From Abditibacteriaceae bacterium (GTDB lineage Bacteria > Armatimonadota > Abditibacteriia > Abditibacteriales > Abditibacteriaceae): DNA of 21,591 nt. Position 1 is the stretch's first letter. Each line of letters begins with the position of its first letter. This document shows, piece by piece, positions 16,956 through 21,591 of this stretch. The DNA lies in contig JANMKN010000324.1 in the NCBI GenBank assembly GCA_031372065.1, forward strand, positions 1-21,591, written 5' to 3'. A program made the translations under genes and the position numbers. The notes under the pieces are model-generated. The model did no database searches and had not been told where the DNA came from. It saw only the letters and a program-made list of their open reading frames with translations.

Positions 16956-17435
16956 TGAGAACCTCTCTGTAACAACACTTTACGACAATTAGACAACCTG
17001 CTACACCCCCCCAGTGGAGGCACTCGCATCGGGTAGCAAAAAAGAAGCCATCTGGCGCTTGGCCGCCCCTTCTAAATAAACCTGACGACGCGGAAGGCCA
17101 CATCCGCATCCAGATGCGTGCGCGGCTCCCACGAGTCAAACGTTTGAAACGAAAGCCGTTCTTCTTATGTTCTCTCGTCTTGCATTTGTCCTTGTTTCCA
17201 CTGCTGATTATCGGCGCCACAAACCGTAGACAAAATCAGACACAAGGTAGCCGTGAACGCAAAGCGCATCGTTTTCCTTAAACCAAACAAATTTGAGCGG
17301 ACACAAATTCAGCAGAAACTGAAAGTCTATCTTTGAATAAAGTGATTTTGGCAAAAACGGCTTTCGGCGCAAACTCTTAGACCACGATTCAACGCGGCAA
17401 TTCGTGCGGAACGCGCAACGAATGAACTTAAATTT

Positions 17436-18398
17436 CTACCACGCGTAACCTTCGGGCGAAGGTTTGAAGCCGGGGAAAATTTCGTCGAGTTTTTTGCGCG
17501 TCTCGTCGGTGATTTCAATTTCCAAAGCGCGCAGTGAGCCGTCCAATTGCTCCACTGTGCGCGGCCCGATGATCGGCGCTGTCACGGCCTTGTTGGACAG
17601 CAGCCACGCCAACGCCACGTCCGCCGGATGTTCGCCCATTTCTTTGCACAAAGCTTCCCACGGTTCGAGTTTGGCGCGATTGTCTTCGATTTGCTTGTCC
17701 ATGCCAGCGCGACGGCCTTCAGCGGGTTTATCCAAAATACCGCCGAGCAAACCGCCGCCCAAAGGACTCCAAGGAATGATGCCGACGCCATAGGCTTCGC
17801 AGGCCGGAATCAAATCGCGTTCGATGGTGCGCGCATTGAGGTTATACAAGCTTTGTTCGGAAACAAGGCCCAAAAAATTGCGACTTTTAGCGATTTCATT
17901 GGCCCGCGCGATGTGCCATCCGGCGAAATTCGACGAGCCGATATACAGCACTTTGCCTTGTTGCACCAGCAGTTCCATCGCCTGCCAGATTTCTTCCCAC
18001 GGCGCTTCACGCCAAACGTGGTGCATTTGATACAAGTCAATGTAATCGGTCTGCAAGCGGCGCAGCGATTCGTCACAGGCGCGGCGAATATGCAGCGCCG
18101 AAAGACGAGACGTGTTCGGCCATTCGCCCATGTCGCCATAGACTTTTGTAGCTAAAACTACTTTCTCGCGGCGCCCGCCGCCTTGTGCAAAGTAGCGCCC
18201 GATAATTTGCTCGGTGATGCCTTCGCCTTTTTTTCCACCGTAAACGTTGGCGCTGTCCCAAAAATTGATGCCGTGTTCCAGTGATTTGTCCATGATGGCG
18301 AACGAATCTTCTTCGGTGGTCTGCGGGCCAAAATTCATGGTGCCGAGGCACAAGCGGCTGACTTTCAAGCCGGTGCGTCCTAAATTGGTGTATTGCAT
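17436..18398 (-). CDS. Aldo/keto reductase
   Basis: MQYTNLGRTGLKVSRLCLGTMNFG, FWDSANVYG, VVLATKV, SLRRLQTDYIDLYQMHH, GKVLYIGSSN, IIPWSPLGGGLL, PIIGPRTVEQL. Confidence 0.95.
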   Translation of the reverse strand: MQYTNLGRTGLKVSRLCLGTMNFGPQTTEEDSFAIMDKSLEHGINFWDSANVYGGKKGEGITEQIIGRYFAQGGGRREKVVLATKVYGDMGEWPNTSRLSALHIRRACDESLRRLQTDYIDLYQMHHVWREAPWEEIWQAMELLVQQGKVLYIGSSNFAGWHIARANEIAKSRNFLGLVSEQSLYNLNARTIERDLIPACEAYGVGIIPWSPLGGGLLGGILDKPAEGRRAGMDKQIEDNRAKLEPWEALCKEMGEHPADVALAWLLSNKAVTAPIIGPRTVEQLDGSLRALEIEITDETRKKLDEIFPGFKPSPEGYAW

Positions 18399-18421
18399 TT
18401 GATGGTTCCTTTTTGCTTGTT

Positions 18422-18699
18422 TTAAGCGGGTAAATCGTTTTTTAACGCGTCGTAAACATGGCGCGGCACATCGGGCGAGACGGTAGATTTTTCAACGGCA
18501 TCGCAAACTTCAGCTACCTGTTTTTCGCTGTTTAAACCAACGACCAAAGAGGATGTGCTTAATCTCATCGCGTTGCGGATGGTTGTGCAAGACGCGCTCC
18601 ATTGCCCAGTGCGCCGGGTGTGCGCTCCGAAAAACGCATCGGGCCAAAACAAAGCGGGCTAAGATAAAGGTCGGTGCGACCATAACGTCGTAATTCCAT
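18422..18699 (-). pseudogene. Internally deleted aldo/keto reductase remnant
   Basis: ATG 18699 (GAGGA RBS) gives MELRRYGRTDLYLSPLCFGPMRFS..., an AKR N-terminus that stops at 18565. A different frame gives SLVVGLNSEKQVAEVCDAVE...LPA*, an AKR C-terminus. Total length is 278 bp versus about 1 kb expected. Confidence 0.8.
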
Positions 18700-18707
18700 G
18701 AAATTCC

Positions 18708-19886
18708 TCAAGAAACTTTTGTCGGTTCGACAGCAAGCCACTGTGGGCGCGCCGCTTCAATTGTATCTTCATAAGCGTGCGCGGCGCCCGACAAAATATC
18801 GGCCACAGGCACGTTTTTGTTGGTCTGCGACGCCTCAAGACAAGCATAAATGACTGCCAACGCCTCCAAAGCGCGTTCGCCGCTGCTAAGGGGCGCTTTG
18901 CCTTGCGCGATAAGCTGATGCAACTCCAAAAACGAGTGCGCCATCGCATCAGCGGGCAAATTTTCATCGTGATATTTTGCTGTGATTTCGTCCAACTTTT
19001 GCGCGGTCTCACCTTGTTTTTGCAGCGTGCCGCCGGATAAGTCGGCCACGCCTCGCGTGCCATACAAGCGCACGCCGCCAAAGCCGCTGCCCTGTCCCGC
19101 CGAGGCCACTAAAAAGTGACCGAGCGCGCCATTTTCAAAGCGTAGCGCCGTCATGGAGCAATCTTCGGTGTCCACTGCGAAGGCGCCGTGTTTTTCATCG
19201 CGGCGCTGCGGCTCGAAAGTGCGGGCAAATCCGCAGGCGCTTTCGACAGAACCAAGGGCTTCCAAAAACCAATGTGTGCGATGCACGCCATGATCGAGAA
19301 ACCAACCAGCGCCGGCCAAGCCTTTAATATGGCGCCACGGCGTATTCATAAAAAATCCACCGTCCAAAGTCGTGACGGCGTAATCAAGCAGCATCGTGGG
19401 TGCGCCGATTAATTCACCGCTACGCAAAGCGTCAATCAAAGCGCGCGTGCCGCGTCCTAACACCGAAGGCTCCGAAACAACCAGCGCTTTATTTTTCATT
19501 GCCGCGTAAGCGATGATGCGCCGTCCATCGGCAATGGTAATGGCAATTGGCTTTTGCACTTGCAGATGCAACCCGGCATCCAAGCAATCCTTGGCGATTG
19601 ACCAATGCAAATGATGCGGCACCAAAAGCGCCGCCGCATCCAGCGGCACCTTGTTCAGCATCTCGCGATAATCGCTGAAGGTTGCGGGACGGTGCCCTAA
19701 TTTTTCTGCGGCGGCATTCGCCAGCGCTTCGCAGGCCGCAGGACGCGGATCGGCCATAGCCACCAATTCAAAAAGCGGTTCGCTCGATAACGCTTTGGCT
19801 TTGGCGTGTTCGTTGAGCGCCGCGATTCCATTTAAATGCCAACCGGCAATTTGCCCGGTGCCGATGAATGCTAATTTCAAACTCAT
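18708..19886 (-). CDS. Gfo/Idh/MocA family oxidoreductase
   Basis: Start taken as ATG 19886 (MSLKLAFIGTGQIAGWH, Rossmann motif); VPHHLH, VQKPIA (EKP-like), GAGWFLDHGVH, VDTED. Confidence 0.92.
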   Translation of the reverse strand: MSLKLAFIGTGQIAGWHLNGIAALNEHAKAKALSSEPLFELVAMADPRPAACEALANAAAEKLGHRPATFSDYREMLNKVPLDAAALLVPHHLHWSIAKDCLDAGLHLQVQKPIAITIADGRRIIAYAAMKNKALVVSEPSVLGRGTRALIDALRSGELIGAPTMLLDYAVTTLDGGFFMNTPWRHIKGLAGAGWFLDHGVHRTHWFLEALGSVESACGFARTFEPQRRDEKHGAFAVDTEDCSMTALRFENGALGHFLVASAGQGSGFGGVRLYGTRGVADLSGGTLQKQGETAQKLDEITAKYHDENLPADAMAHSFLELHQLIAQGKAPLSSGERALEALAVIYACLEASQTNKNVPVADILSGAAHAYEDTIEAARPQWLAVEPTKVS

Positions 19887-19974
19887 AATATTCACTTTAT
19901 TTCACCAAGAGATTTTGTTGCGGCTTGCTCAATCAGAATCGGGCAGACGCTTCTTCCGATTGCAAAAGGCGCTT

Positions 19975-20748
19975 TCATTTCGCTTCTCGCTTCTCCATCC
20001 GAAAGAGTTGGCGCGCTCGCTCAGACAGGCTTTCATAAGTGGCAGCCGCAATTTCGATAGGCGGATAATTGGTTTTTAGCCAAGGGCGCGAATAAATCAG
20101 CGCCAGATTCGGGCGGGCTTCCTGCGAACGATTGGGCGTGCCGCGATGCCACATTCGCATATCGCGCAGGAGAAGCGAACCGGCAGGCATCAAACAAGGT
20201 TCCGAATGCATGGTTTTCGATAATTCCTGCATATCAAGACCGCCCGGCATCAAATGCGTGCCGCCGGGCCAGACTTCCATCGGGCCATTGTCGGCGCGAT
20301 GATCAACCAACGGGATATTCAAAACCACACTGTAAGCGGGAAGCGACAGCGGTGTTTCGGGAAAGAGCAAGCCAATATCGGCGTGAATTTTTTGATAATC
20401 GGAGCCGGGAAGCGCCGTGTCGGAAGCGAAATAGTGGCACACACAATCCGGCCCGACGAGTTGCTCAATGAGTGCCAAAACCAGCGGATTTTCGATGACT
20501 GCTGCATCATTAAAGGGCGCGCGAAAAGGCAAGTGCATCTGAAAGCGATTCGCGCCGCGATTCGATTCGTTGGCGGCCCGATGCTCGTCAAACACGCGTA
20601 GAAACTCCGTTTTGAGTTGGCAAAGCAAGTCCGGCGCTAAAACATTTTCAAACAAAACAAAGCCGTTCATCTTGACCGCTTGAAGGGCAAGGCGAAAGGT
20701 TTCGGGTTGGAGCTTTTGGCTTTCTAATTCTTGGGGCGAAAGTATCAT
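19975..20748 (-). CDS. PhyH-family Fe(II)/2-oxoglutarate dioxygenase (KanJ-like)
   Basis: Start revised to about ATG 20748 (MILSPQELESQKLQPE). NGFVLFENVL, QKIHAD (HxD), NIPLVD..DNGPMEVWPGGTH, LLRDMRMWHRGTPNRSQEARP. The longer ORF-track N-terminus is antisense to a WD40 remnant. Confidence 0.9.
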   Translation of the reverse strand: MILSPQELESQKLQPETFRLALQAVKMNGFVLFENVLAPDLLCQLKTEFLRVFDEHRAANESNRGANRFQMHLPFRAPFNDAAVIENPLVLALIEQLVGPDCVCHYFASDTALPGSDYQKIHADIGLLFPETPLSLPAYSVVLNIPLVDHRADNGPMEVWPGGTHLMPGGLDMQELSKTMHSEPCLMPAGSLLLRDMRMWHRGTPNRSQEARPNLALIYSRPWLKTNYPPIEIAAATYESLSERARQLFRMEKREAK

Positions 20749-20880
20749 GGTGCGCTGGCTCAATTTCCTTCTCGTCGCTGATGCGGACAACAATACTACC
20801 TTACTCAACATACCCTGTTGATTCAAACGCCCCAGAAGCCCCACGCGCCGCACTCCCGTTTTGTTGCATAATTCTCTTTG

Positions 20881-21178
20881 ATGAACCGCTTTCGCCTCAC
20901 CAAACGCCGCGCGGGAATAGCCGCACTTGTGCTTATTCCACCGTAACCAGCAGATAAATGAATACATGTTCAGCGTGCTGTCTTCCGATGCGAAACCCTT
21001 CTTGCTTTGCTTTGAACCCGCCACCCCAAATAACATTTTCGTTTGGGACGCAGCAACAGGCAAACTCCTACGCGAAATCAAAGTAGGAGTGCCAATTTCA
21101 GACATTGCTTTGTCGCCCGACAATCGCACTTTAGCGGTTAGCACAGATAAAGCGGTCAAACTCTACAGAATGCGCTGA
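20881..21178 (+). pseudogene. Internally deleted WD40-repeat protein remnant
   Basis: ATG 20881 gives MNRFRLTKRRAGIAALVLIPP* (signal/anchor-like, stop 20946). The +1 frame gives NIFVWDAATGKLLREIK..ISDIALSPDNRTLAVSTDKAVKLYRMR*, the last WD40 blades of a propeller. Confidence 0.7.
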
Positions 21179-21224
21179 GATTTCTCGAAATTCGTCGCGG
21201 ATTTCCAAAAAGCTGCCTAAAAAG

Positions 21225-21497
21225 CCATCGCAGATGCCTCTGACGGCTCTTCACTTGGCCCCGACTGCTATACGGATAGGCCTGACTGCCATACGGATGC
21301 CCTCGCGCACTATACGGATGCCCCTGCGTCCTATACGGATGCCCTCGCGTGCTATACGGATGCCTCCAACTGCTTTACGGATGCCTCCAAGTCCCATACA
21401 GATGGCCCCAACTGTCATACGGATGCCCACCCAAGCGATACGGATGCTCCCAACTACTTTACATATGCCTCCAACTGCCATACGGATGGGCACTTAG
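21225..21497. repeat. Tandem array of 13 x 21-bp degenerate repeats, consensus approximately GCYATACGGATGCCYCCAACT
   Basis: Units start at 21225, 21246, 21267 ... 21477 with an exact 21-bp period and no indels. The core TACGGATG is conserved in most units. Confidence 0.92.
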
Positions 21498-21591
21498 ACG
21501 ATACTTTCGGGCCGTCATACGATACAAGAGGGCATTTATATAGCGCTTAACAGGAAACGAGCTACACAGAACGATAGTGGGGGCGGGCCTC

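Noticed and set aside
16999..17045. Rho-independent terminator
   Set aside because: The stem is imperfect and the A/T run is on the wrong side to give a hairpin followed by a U-tract on either strand.
17240..17400. c-di-GMP-I riboswitch-like words (ACGCAAAGC on +, GGTCTAAG on -)
   Set aside because: The motifs are on opposite strands and lack the GGCAAA/GAAA P2 stem arrangement.
18422..18652. 76-aa ORF as a standalone gene
   Set aside because: Only its last ~45 aa are AKR-like; it is better explained as part of an internally deleted pseudogene starting at 18699.
20749..21159. 137-aa N-terminal extension of the PhyH dioxygenase in the ORF track
   Set aside because: It is not PhyH-like and is the antisense of the WD40 remnant; family similarity begins near ATG 20748.
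21225..21497. CRISPR or TIGR-type guide array
   Set aside because: The period is only 21 bp and the variable segments are related to one another rather than unique spacers. The conserved bases lie between CCA and TG rather than flanking a variable spacer. No cas or tas gene is in the window.
21234..21543. ORFs of 87, 80 and 64 aa over the repeat array as real proteins
   Set aside because: They are open simply because a stop-poor 21-bp unit is repeated; variation in the conserved core is not synonymous-biased in the frames examined.

Overview
Bacterial chromosomal window with moderately GC-rich core genes interleaved with visibly AT-richer accessory genes. The left part has small membrane/secreted hypotheticals and a divergent Ig/FN3-repeat lipoprotein. 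The centre is a ~11 kb + strand operon with two paralogous modules, each a planctomycete cytochrome c/DUF1549/DUF1553 protein plus a Tat-exported DUF1501 protein. Every junction carries an insert: a 140-bp palindrome, a PD40/TolB-like gene, an ankyrin gene coupled by ATGA overlaps, and a small membrane gene followed by an orphan, synonymously diverged second copy of the DUF1501 3' end. The right part (- strand) has a coupled pair of a multi-TM TRAFAC GTPase and a GAP1-like membrane-anchored protein, a candidate minimal GTPase-centred conflict system. It also has a KanJ-like PhyH dioxygenase, Gfo/Idh/MocA and aldo/keto reductase cluster, two internally deleted gene scars (AKR, WD40) and a 13 x 21-bp tandem array at the end. 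All family calls come from motif recognition by eye; no searches were run.
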